A stretch of DNA of 64,000 bases from the human T2T-CHM13v2.0 reference genome, Homo sapiens. The translations under genes were made by a program, and so were the position numbers. Under the pieces are notes generated by a model that saw only the letters and a program-made list of their open reading frames with translations, did not search any database and had not been told where the DNA came from. The stretch lies in NCBI RefSeq assembly GCF_009914755.1, contig NC_060946.1; one strand, written 5' to 3'. This document shows, one piece after another, positions 31,901 through 44,099 of this stretch (positions are counted from its first letter, which is position 1; every line of letters starts with the position of its first letter).

Positions 31901-34900
31901 ATGGAATGAAATGGAATAGAGTGGAGTGGAGAGGAGTGGAATGGAATGGAGTGGAATGGAACGGAATAGAGTGGAATGGAGTGGAAAAGAGTGGAATGGA
32001 ATGTGGTGGAATGAAATGGAGTGGAGTGGACTGGAGTAGAGTGGAATGGAATGCAGTGGAATGGAATGGAGTGTAATGGAATGGAATGGAACGGAATGGA
32101 ATGGAATGAAATGGTGAAAAGAAATGTGTGCTGAGATTGTGTCACTGCACTAAACCTGTGTGACAGAGGGAGATCCTGTCGAAAGAAAGGAATGAAATGG
32201 AAGGGATTGGAATGGAATGGATTGGAGTGGAGTGGAGTCGAATTGAGTGGAGTGGAGTGCTGTGGAATAGAATGGAATGGAATGGAATGGTGAAGTGAAA
32301 TGTGAGATGAGACTGTACCACTGCACACCAGCCTGGGTGACAGAGTGAGATCCTGTCAAAAGAAAGGAATGGAATGGAGTGGAGTGGAGTAGAAAGTAGT
32401 GGAATGGAATGGGATGGAATGGAAAGGAGTGGAGTGGACTGGAATGGAGTGGAGTGGAATGGAGTGGAGTGGAGTGGAGTGGAGTGGGATGGAATGGAAT
32501 GGAATGGAATGGTGAAATGAAATGTGAGCTGAGATTGTGCCACTGCGCTCCAGGCTGGGTGACAGAGTGAGATACTTTCAAAAGAAAGGAATAGAATGGA
32601 ATGCAGTGGAATGGAATGGCATGGAATGGAGTGGAGTGGGGTGAAGTGGAGTGGACTGGAATGGAGAGGAATGGAATAGGATGGAATGGAATGGAATGAA
32701 GTGGAGATGAGTGGGGTGGAGTGGATTGCAGTGGAATGGAGCAGAATGGGATGGAGTGGAATGGAGTGGAGTGCAGTGGAGAGGAGAGGAGTGGAATGGA
32801 GTGGAATGGAATCGGATGTAAAGGAATTTAGTGGAGTGGAGTGGAGTGGAACGGAGTGGTATGGAATGGAATTGAATGGAATGGAATGGTGAAATGAAAT
32901 GTGATCTAAGATTGTGCCACTGAACTCCAGTCTGGTTGATAGAGTGAGATCCAGTAGAAATAAAGGAATGGAATGGAATGGTGTGGAGTGGAGTGGAGTG
33001 GAATGGAGTAGAGTGGAATGGAGTGGAGTGGAGTGGAGTGGAATGGAATGGAAAGGAGTGGAGTGGAATGGAATGGCATGGAATGGAGTGGAGTGGAGAG
33101 AAGTAGAGTGGAATGGAATGGAGTGGAGTGCAGTGGAGTGGAATGGAGTGGAGTCGAATGGAATGGGATGGAGTGGAATGGAATGGAGTGGAGTGGAGTG
33201 AAATAGAGTGGAATAGAATGGGATGGAATGGAATGCAATGGAATGGTGAAAAGAAATGTGAGCTGAGATTGTGATACTGCACTCCAGCCTTTGTGACAGA
33301 GTGAGATCCTGTGGAAAGAAAGGAATGGAATGGAATGGAGTGGAATGGAATGCAATGGAGGGGAGGGGAGTGGAATGGAGTGGAGTGGAGGGGAGTGGAA
33401 TTGAGTTGAGTGGAGTGGAATAGAGTGGAATGGAATGGAGTGGAGTGGACTGGCATGGAGTGGAATGGAGTGGAGTGGATTGGAGTGGAATGGAGAGGAG
33501 TGGAGTAGAGTGGAATGGAATGGAGTGGAGTGGAATGGAATGGCATGGAGTGGAATGGAGTGGAGTGGAGTGGAATGGAGAGGAGTGGAGTGGAAGGGAA
33601 TGGAATGGAATAGAGTGGAATAGAATGGAATGAAATGGTGAAAAGAAATGTGTGCTGAGATTGTGCCACTGTGCTACAGCCTGTGTGACACAGGGAGATC
33701 CTTTTGAAGGAAAGGAGTGGAATGTAAGGGATTGGAATGGAATGGAATGGAATGGAATGGAATGGAATGGAATGGATTGGAGTGGAGTGGAGTGGAATGG
33801 AATTGAGTGGAGTGGAGTGCAGTGGAATGGAATGGAATGGAGTGGAATGGTGAAATGAAATGTGAGCTGAGATTGTGCCACTGCACACCAGCCTGGGTGA
33901 CAGAGTGAGACCCTGTCAAAACAAAGGAATGGAATGGAGTGGAATGGAATGGAGTGGAGTGGAAAGGAGTGGAATGGAAAGGAGTGGAATGGAATGGACT
34001 GGAATGGAGTGGAGTGGAATGGAATGGAATGGAATAGAATGGAATGGAATGGTGAAATGAAATGTGTGCTGAGATTGTGCCACTACACTCCAGGCTGGGT
34101 GACAGAGTGAGATACTCTCGAAAGAAAGGAATGGAATGGAATGGAATGCAGTGTAATGTAATGTAATGGAATAGAATGGAATGGAGTGAACTGGAGAGGA
34201 GTGGAGTGAAGAGGAGTGGAGTGGAATGGAGAGGAATGGAATGGAATGAAGTGGAGTGGAGTGCAGTGGAATGGAGCTGAATGGAATGGGATGGAGTGGA
34301 ATGGAGTGGAGTGCAGTGGAGTGGAGAGGAGTGGAATGGAGTGGAATGGAATCGGATGTAATGGAATGTAGAGGAATGGAGTGGAGTGGAGTCGAACGGA
34401 GTGGAATGGAAAGGAATGGAATGGAATGGAATGCAATGGAAAGGAATGGAATGCAATTGAATGTAATGGAATAGAATGCAATGCAATGGAAAGTTGACAT
34501 GTAATATGAGCTGAGATAGTGCCACTGCACTCCAGCCTGGGTGACACCGTCATATACTGTGGAAAGGAAGCTATGGAATGCAATGGAGTGAAATGGTATG
34601 GAATAGAATGGAATGGAGTTGAGTGGAGTGGAATTTAGTGGAATGGAGTCGACTGGAGTGGAATGGAGTGGAGTGGAGTGAAATAGAGAGGAATGGAATG
34701 GGATGGAATGGAATGCAATGGAATGGTGAAAAGAAATGTGAGCTGAGATTGTGCCACTGCACTCCAGCCTATGTGACAGAGTGAGATCCTTTGGAAAGAA
34801 AGGAACGGAATGGCATGGAATGGAAGGGAGTGGAGTGGAGAGGAGTGGAGTGGAATGGAATGGAGTGGGATGGAATGCAATGGAAATGAATGGAATGGAA

Positions 34901-36700
34901 TGGAACAGAATGGAACGGAATGGAATGGAATGGTGAAAATAAATGTGTGCTGAGATTGTGCCACTGCGCTGCACCCTGTGTGAGAGGGAGATCCTGTCGA
35001 AAGAAAGGAGTGCAACGGAAGGGATTGGAATTGAATGGAATGGAATAGGTTGGAGTGGAGTGGACTGGAATTCAGTGGATTGGAGTGGAGTACAGTGGAA
35101 TGGAATGGAATGGAATGGAATGGAATGGAATGGTGAAATGAAAAGTGGGCTGAGATTGTGCCAATGCACTCCAGCCTGGGTGACAGAGTGAGATCCTGTC
35201 AAAAGAAAGGAATGGAATCTAATGGAGTGGAATGGAATGGAGTGGAGTAGAGTGCATTGGAGAGGAAAGGAGTGGAATGGAATGGAAAGGAGTGGAGTGG
35301 AATGGAATGGAGTGGAGTGGAATGGATTGCAGTGGAGTGGAGTGGAGTGGAGCGGAATGGAACTGAATGGATTGGAATTGAATGGTGAAATGAAATGTCA
35401 GCTGAGATTGTGCCACTGCTCTCCAGGCTGGGTGATGGAGTGAGATACTCTCAAAAGAAAGGAAAGGAATGGAATGCAGTGGAATGGAATGGAGTGGACT
35501 GGAGTGGAGTGGAGTGAAGTGGAGTGGAGTGGAATGGAGAGGAATGGAATGGGATAGAATGGAATGGAATGAAGTGGAGTGGAGTGGGGTGGAGCGGAGT
35601 CCAGTGGAATGGAGTGGAATGGAATGGGATGGAGTGGAATGGAGTGGTGGGGAGAGAAGTGGAGTGGAGAGGAGTGGAATGTAATCGGATGTTATAGAAT
35701 GTAGTGGAGTGGAGTGGAACGGAATGGAATGGAATACAATGGAATGCAATGGAATGCAATGGAATTCAATGGAATAGAATGCAATGAAATGGAAAGTTGA
35801 CATGTAATGTGAGCAGAGATTGTGCCACTGCACTCCAGCCTGGGTGACACAGTGATATCCTGTCGAAAGAGAGGAATGGAATGCAATGGAGTGAAGTGGA
35901 ATGGAATGAAATGGAGTGGAGTGAAGTGGAGTGGAGTGGAGCAGAGTGGAGTGGAATGCAATGGAATGGAATGGAGTGGAGTGGAATGGAATGGAGTGGA
36001 ATGGAGTGGAGTGGAATGCAATGGAATGGAATGTAATGGAAGGGAATGGAATGGAGTGGAGTGGAGTGGAATGTGGTGGAGAGGAGTGGAGGGGAGTAGA
36101 ATGGAATGGAGTGGAATGAAATGGAATGGAGTGGAAAAGAGTGGAATGCAATGCAGTGGAATGAAACGGAGTGGAGTGGACTGGAGTAAAGTGGAATGGA
36201 ATGCAGTGGAATGGAATGGAATGGAGTGGAGTGGAGTGGAAAGGAGTGGAATGTAATGGGATGGAATGGAAAGGAGTGGAGTGGAACGGATTGGAGTGGA
36301 GTGGAGTAGAGTGGAGTGGAATGGAATGGAATGGTGAAATGAAATGTGAGCTGAGATTGTGCCACTGTGCTGCAGGCAGGGTGACAGAGTGAGATACTTT
36401 TGAAAGAAAGGAATAGCGTGGAATGCAGTGGAATCGAATGGAATGGAATGGAGTGGACTAGAGTGGAGTGGAGTGAGGTGAAGTAGAGTGGACTGGAATG
36501 GAGAGGAATGGAATGGAATGGAATGAAGTGGAGATGAGTGGGGTGGAGTGGATTGCAGTGGAATGGAGCAGAATGGAATGGGATGGAGTGGAATGGAGTG
36601 CAGTGGAGTGCAGTGGAGAGGAGAGGAGTGGAATGGAGTGGAATGGAATTGGATATAATGGAATTTAATGTAGTGGAGTGGAGTAAAGTGGAACAGAGTG
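28926..36700 (+). repeat. Composite satellite: Alu 3'-end fragment plus (GGAAT/GGAGT)n, ~26 units
   Basis: gtgagctgagattgtgccactgcactccagcctgggtgacagagtgaga recurs every ~150-540 bp within GGAAT/GGAGT pentamers. Confidence 0.95.
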
Positions 36701-39700
36701 TTATGGAATGGAATGGAATAGAATGGATTCGAATGGAATGGAATGGAATGGAATGGACTCGAATGGAATGGAATCAAATGAAATGGAATCTAATGAAATG
36801 TAATCGAATGGAATGGACTCGAATTGAATGGATCGGAATGGAACGGTCTCGAATGGACTGCAATCGAGTGGAATGGAATGGACTCGAATGGAATGGAATG
36901 GAATCAAAAGGAATGGAAATGGAATGGACTCAAATGGAATGGACTGGAATGGAAGGCAATCGAATGGAATGGAATCGAATGGAATGGAATCAAATGTAAT
37001 GGACTGGAATGGAATGGATTCAAATGGAATGGACAGTAATGGAATGGTCCCAAAAGGAATGGAATGGAATGGAATGGAACGGACTTGAATGAAATGGCCT
37101 GGAATGGAATGGACTTGAATGGAATGGACTCGAGTGAAATGGAATCAAATGGAATGGAATAGAATTTAATGGAATGGAATGGAATGGATTGGAATGGAAA
37201 GGAATCGAATCAAATGTTATGGAATCAAATGGAAGGAAACGGAATGGAATGGAATGGATTCGAAGGGAATGGAATGGAATGGAATACAATGGAATGGAAT
37301 GACATGGAATGGAATGGAATGGATTCGAAAGGAATGGAATGGAATGGACTCAAAAGGAATGGACTGGAATGGCATGGAATCAAATGGAATGGAATGGAAT
37401 TGAATGCAATGGAATGGAATGGAATGGACTCGAATGGAATGGAATGGAAAGGAATAGAATGGACTGGAATGAAATGGAATTGAATGGAATGGACAGGAAT
37501 GGAATGGACTCAAATGGAATGGAATCGAAAGGAATGGAATTGAATGGAATGGAATAGAATGGAATGGAATAGACTCGAAGGTAATGGACTGGAATGGAAT
37601 GGACTTGAATGGAATGGACTCGAATGGAATGGAAACGAATGGAATGGAATCTAATTGAATGGAATTGAATGGAATGCAAACGAATGGAATGGAATCAAAT
37701 GAAAGGGAATCAATTGGAATGGACTCGAATGGAATGGACTTGAATGTAATGGACTGGACTGGAAGGGTATGGAATGGAATTCAAAGCAATGGAATGAAAT
37801 GGAATGGATCCGAATGGAATGGACTGGACTGGAATGGACTGGAATGGAAAGGAATGGAATGGAAGGGAATGCATTGGACTCGAATGTAATGGAATTGCAA
37901 AGAATGGAATGGAATGGAATAGAATCAAATGGAATGGAATCGAATGGAATGGAAAGGAATTGAATTGAATGGAATGGCATGGAATGGAATCAAATGGAAT
38001 GGAATGGAATGAATTCAAACGGAATGGAATGGAATGGACTTGAAAGGAATGGACTGGAATGGAATGGAATGGATTCAAATTTAATGGAATGGAATAGAAT
38101 GGAATGGAATGGATTCGAATTTAATGGAATGGAATAGAATGGAATGGAATGGATTGGAATGGAATTGATTTGAATGGAATGGAATCGAATGGACTGGACT
38201 GGAATGGAATGGAATCGAGTGGAATGGCATAAAATGCACTGGAATCTAATGGAATGGAATGGACTAGAAAGGAATGGAATGGACTCGAATGGAATGGACT
38301 GGAATGGAATGGACTAGAATGGAATGGACTCGAAAGGAAGAGGAATCGAATGGAATGGAATAGAACAGAATGGAATCGAATAGGATGGCATGCAATCGGA
38401 TGGCATGCAATCGGATGGCATGCAATCGGATGGAACGGATTAGAATGGAATGGAATGCAATCGAAATTGAATGGAATGGACTGGAATGGAAAGGACTCAC
38501 ATGGAATGGACTCGCATGGAATGGACTCGCATGGAATGGAATGGAAAGGAAAGGAAAGGAAAGCAATGGAATAGAATGGTACGGACTTGAATGGAACGGA
38601 CTCGAATGGAACAGACTTGAATGGAATGGACTCGAATGGGATGGAATCAAATGGGATGGAATCAAATGGAACGGACTGCAATGCAATGGACTTGAAAGGA
38701 ATCGCCTCTAATGGGATGGAATGGTATGGAATGGAATAGAGTGGATTGTACTCGAATGTAATCGACCGGAATGGAATGGAATTAAATGAAATGGACTTGA
38801 ATGGAATGCAATCGAATGGAATGGAATGGTATGGAATGGAATGGAATGGAATTCAATGTACTCGAATGGAATGTAATCGAATGGTATGCATTCGAATGGA
38901 ATGTAATCCAATGGGATGGAATGGACTGTAGTGGAATGGACTGGAATGGAATGGACTCAAAGGGAATGGATTGGAATGATATGGACTTGAATGGAATGGA
39001 TTGGAAAGGAATGGAATCGAATGAAATGGAATTGAATGGAATGGAATTGAATGGAAGGGATTTGAACCGAAAGGAATGGAATTGAAAGGAATGGAATGGA
39101 ATGCAATGGAATGGAATCGAATGGAATGGAATCGAATGGAATGGAATCGAATGGAGTGTAATAGTACAGTCTCGAATGGAATCTAATCGAATGGAATGGA
39201 ATCGAATGGAATGGAAAGGAATGGAATGGAACCGGATGGAATGGACTGGAATGGAATGGAATCAAATGGAATGGACTCAAAGGGAATGGAATGGAATGGA
39301 ATGGACACGAATGGAATGGATTCGAATAGAATGGATGCAAATGGAATGGATTCAATTGGATGGACTCGAATGGAATGCAATCGAATGGAATGGAATCAAA
39401 CGGGATGGAATCAAATGGAATAGAATCGAATGGAATGGAATCGAATGGAATGGACTGGAATGGAATGGACTTGATTGGAATGGACTCGAATGGAATGGAC
39501 TCGAAAGGAAATGAATCGAATGGAATGGAATAGAATGGAATGGAATCTATTCTAATGGAATGGAATTGAATGGAATACAATCGAATGGAATGCAATGGAA
39601 TGGAATGGAATCGACTGGAATGGACTTGAATGGAATGGAATCTTCTTGAATGGAATGGATTGGAAGCGACTGGAATGGACTTGAATGGAATGGAATCTTC

Positions 39701-40169
39701 TGGAATGGAATGAAATGGATTTGATTGGAGTGGACTGGAATGGAGTGGACTAGAATGGAATGAACCCAAAAAGAAAGGAATCGAATGGAATGGAATAGAA
39801 TTGAATGCAATGGAATGGAATGGAATAGAATCAAATGGAATGGAATCGAGTGGAATGGAATCGAGTGGAATGGAATGGAATAGAATTGAATACAGTAGAC
39901 TGGAATGGAATGGACTCTAATGGATTGGACTGGAATGGAATGAACTCGAATGGAATGCAATCGAATGGAATGCAATCGAATGGAATGCAATCGAATGGAA
40001 TTAAATCGAATGGAATGGATTGGAAGGGAATGGAATCGAATATAATGGAATGGAACGGAATGGAATCAAATGTAATGGACTCGAATGCAATTCACTGGAA
40101 TCGAATGGACTCGAATGGAATGAACTTGAACGGAATGGAGTCTAATGTAATGGAATCGAATGCAATGGA

Positions 40170-40172
<3 letters not shown>
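36701..40172 (+). repeat. Human satellite 3-type (GGAAT)n array
   Basis: GGAAT pentamers with ggactcgaat/gaatcgaat/gaatcaaat variants; no Alu fragments. Confidence 0.95.
39637..39706. promoter_or_regulatory. Two perfect three-unit heat-shock-element motifs (nGAAnnTTCnnGAAn)
   Basis: gGAAtcTTCttGAAt at 39637-39651 and gGAAtcTTCtgGAAt at 39692-39706; motif match only, function not shown. Confidence 0.45.
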
Positions 40173-40231
<59 letters not shown>

Positions 40232-40242
40232 CACACACACAC
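40173..40242. repeat. (AT)n(AC)n compound microsatellite
   Basis: Read directly. Confidence 0.95.
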
Positions 40243-41750
40243 CGAGTACATGCCCAGTAGTGGGATTACTGGCTCAAATGGTATTTCCGTTTCTAGATCC
40301 TTGAGGAATCACCACACTGCCTTCCGCAATGGTTGAACTAATTCACACTCCCACCAACAGTGTAAAAGCATTCCTATTTCTCCACATCTGCTCCAGCATC
40401 TGTTGTTTCCTGAGCTTTTAACAATTGCCATTCTAAATGGCGTGAGATTGTATCTCATTGTGGTTTTGATTTGCATTTCTCTAATCATCAGTGATGATGA
40501 GCTTTTTTTCAGATGTTTGCTGGCTGCATAAATGTATTCTTTTGAGAAGTGTCTGTTCATATCCTTTGCCCACTTTTTGATGAGATTGTTTGTTCTTTTC
40601 TTGTAAATTTGTTAAAGTTCCTTGTAGATTCTAGATATTAGGCCTTTGTCAGATGGACAGATTGCAAACATTTCCTCCCATTCTGTAGGTTGCCTGTTCA
40701 CTCTGATCATAGTATTGGAAGTTCTGGCCAGGGTAATCGGCAAGAGAAAGAAATAAACGGTATTCAAATAGGAAGAAAGGAAGTCGAGTTGTCTCTGTTT
40801 GCAGATGACATGATTGTATTTTTAGAAAACCAAATCGTCTCAGCCCCAAATCTCCTCCAGCTGATAAGCAACTTCCTCATAGTCTCAGGATACAAAGTCA
40901 ATGTGCAAAATTCACAAGCCTTCCTATACACCAGTAATAGAGCACTAAATCATGAGTGAACTCCCATACACAATTGCTACAAAGAGAATAAAATAACAAG
41001 GAATACAACTCACAAGGGATTTGAAGGACCTCTTTAAGGAGAACTACAAACCACCACTCAAGGAAATAAGAGGACACAAACAAATGGAAAAACATTCCAT
41101 GCTTATGGATAGGAAGAATCAATATCTTGAAAATGGCCATACTGCCCAAAGTAATTTGTAGGTTCAATGCTATACTCATCAAGCTACCATTGACTTTCTT
41201 CACAGAATTAGAAAAAACTACTTTAAATTTCATATGGAACCAAAAAAAGAGCCCACATAGCCAAGACAATCCTAAGCAAAAAGAACAAAGCTAGAGGCCT
41301 CATGCTACCTGACTTCAAACTATACTACTAGGCCACAGTAATGAAAACAGTATGGTACTGGTACCAAAAGAGATATATAGACCAATGCAACAGAACAGAG
41401 GCCTCATAAATAATGCCATACATCTACACCATCTGATCTTTGACAAACCTGACAAAAGCAATGGGGAAAGGATTCCCTATTTAATAAATGGTGTTGGGAA
41501 AACTGGCTAGCCTTATGCAGGAAACTGAAACTGGACCCCTTCCTTACACTTTATACAAAAATTAACTCAAGATGCATTAAAGACTTAAAAGTCAGTTCTA
41601 AATGTGTAAAAACCCTGGATGAAAACCTAGGCAGTGCCATTCAGGACATAGGCATGGGCAAATACTTCATGACTAAAACACCAAAAGCAGTGGCAACAAA
41701 AGCCAAAATTGACAAATGGGATCTAATTAAACTAAAGAACTTGTGTGCAG
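40243..41750 (-). mobile_element. L1PA element with 5' inversion (twin priming); 3' end missing
   Basis: 40243-40713 is antisense ORF2 C-terminus (HCWWEC); 40709-41750 is sense ORF2 (IVLEVLA...LFADDMIV...KWDLIKLK); the two pieces are nearly contiguous in L1 coordinates. Confidence 0.88.
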
Positions 41751-44099
41751 TTTTATTTGGGAGTGTGCGTGGGGTACCTCTGAGTTTTAAAAATGAAGAA
41801 AGTAAGTAGTCGTGCTTTTCTGACTCTTTGGTAGACATAGCCTTTTAAGACAGTCATTCTGAGCTGTTATGGTCTTAGGGTTTTCTGTACTACTAAAACT
41901 TATTGACGACATCTAACCAAGAACTTGAATTAAATTTTTTTTTAAAAAAGAAAATCACCCAAATACACATTAAAAACCTCTTACAACATATGTGCACATT
42001 CATAGATAACCTGTAGAACTTGATTTTGTGTATTAAAACCTTGTAGAAAAGTTCAGACAGTGCACACAATGACTGCAACTTGGTCTTTGCAAAATCAGTG
42101 ATATATATTTCAGATCTATCCACATTGACCCAGCGAGGTATTTGATTTATTGTATGATCTAATGATATGCCATGTGATGACTGCAGCATATTTAATTATG
42201 CTTTCTTCATGCTGATACCATATGGTCATAAATATGATGACATACCAGCATGGATATGCTTATGTGGTTGCTTTTATTGATTTGTACTATATTAGAAATG
42301 AAACAGAAGTATTAGAAATCCTAGCAAGCATAGCTGTATCTCTCCCATGGCTGTGTTGATTGCAACTGTTTCCCCCTTAAAGTATGTCTTTTTGACATGT
42401 CATGACACTGAGAAAATCCAGTGTATGCTTTTCAGAGAATGACAGTAAGGAGAGGAAATGGCCGATGGTCAAAGTGTTACTTGTTCTCTTGGCTCCCCCT
42501 CATGAATGTTAAACTCTAAACTACTCAGGTCACAATTTAGAACCCCTTTGTTGATCCCCACAGAGTGTTCCCGGATGTCAAATGACAAATAGGCCCTTGA
42601 AGAAAAAACACCCTGTAAAGCCATATTGCTCTGGTTTTTGTGTGTGAATGTGTGTGTGTGTGTGTATCTGTGCGTATTTTTTTCTCTTCTGAAAACTGTA
42701 AATAGAATAATTTTCATTACAAACGAAAATATTTCTGTTCCACATTTATTTTCTGTCTCATAGCACTCTGCTCTTCTTGGATCTAGTAAGGATCTCAGCG
42801 TTACTTATTTATACATGCAAAAAATTACATCATTCTTCATTTTTCATGTCAATTACTGACATGTTTTCAAGTCTTCACAAGTTATTTCTGAAGATGTTGG
42901 TTCATTGAGGAGAGGCAGTGTCATTGTAGTTAAAGAAGTTTTTAAATAGGTTATGTTCAATAACATTTCAGAGCCCGTTTCTCTGGAAGGCATAGACATA
43001 GTGGTTTTATGCGTAGTTAGACATAAAATAGCTCCACAAAGTCTTTTGTACGTGAAAGTGTTCATATCCTGGAAGATTCTAATTTACTACTCAGTACTGT
43101 CTCCTGGAGAGGAAAATAGGTAAGATAGGCTGCTGAGCCTATGATAATAACTCATGATATGAGGTGAAAGTATAGAGCCAAAATGAGAGATGATACTCAA
43201 ACCGATGTGAGTGAAGAACAGCTGTGAAAGTGTCTATGGGAGAGAGAAGGCCATGGCGCTGCTTTTGTGAAGAAGGAATTTGTACACGTTAGTCAAGTGT
43301 CTGATACATTTAACATTTTAATAAAGCAAAACCTTATCTTCACATGTGTCAGAATGGGATTGTACAGATGTCAGAATACAGTAGTGGTGAGAATAATGAA
43401 GAAATGAAAGTGGAGGGCAACGAATGAAGTCCACCAATATGGATATTAGATTTATGAATGAAAAAGAGTGTATGTCAAACTGGGCAGAACAAAGAAAGCA
43501 GCTAGCTAGGTAATTTGGAGTCTTCTGATGAGGAGACTTTTGGGGAGTCACTTAATGGAAAGCGGAAGTTAGAAGGATGAGGGTGACCCCCAGGGTTTCA
43601 CTTCTTCTCCCTAGAAGTTTTGCACATCAATGATATGTGCTTCATTCACGTCAGTTAGCATATTGGGATGCAGCTTAATCTAGAAAAAGTTTTTTCTTTA
43701 GGAAAGCTGTGCTTGCTGAAGTAGTTATTTCATACCTGAGAGACCCCTATGGTATATTATTTCAAACTAGCTTTAGAAACAAAGTAGTAAAAGAATGTAT
43801 ATCTTGAGTACTAAAAAAAAACTACCAATATTCTTGGCAATCATGACATATCTATATATAGATATAGTACATATGTATATGTATATATTTGGTTGGTTAT
43901 TAATAAGAAAAGAAGTCTTGTGATTTAGAGATTTTGTTTACCTTATTTACATGGGAATCTGATTATGTATGATTTCTTTGACATGTATGTTTTTGCAAAA
44001 GTGGAAAAAGATGGCAAAAGAGCTGAACTGCTGAATACGGGAAATGTAGGAATATTAGGAGCCTTCATGAGTACAAAGAAAATGATTTTTAAAATTATG

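Noticed and set aside
28926-36700. CRISPR-like appearance (conserved repeat plus variable spacers)
   Set aside because: Repeats are Alu-derived, spacers are low-complexity satellite of 100-500 bp, the context is primate, and there are no cas genes.
28865-40260. Long ORFs (up to 650 aa) of HSIPF/HSTPL or MEWNG repeats
   Set aside because: Pentamer satellites lack stop codons in most frames; these are translation artefacts with no promoter or splice evidence.
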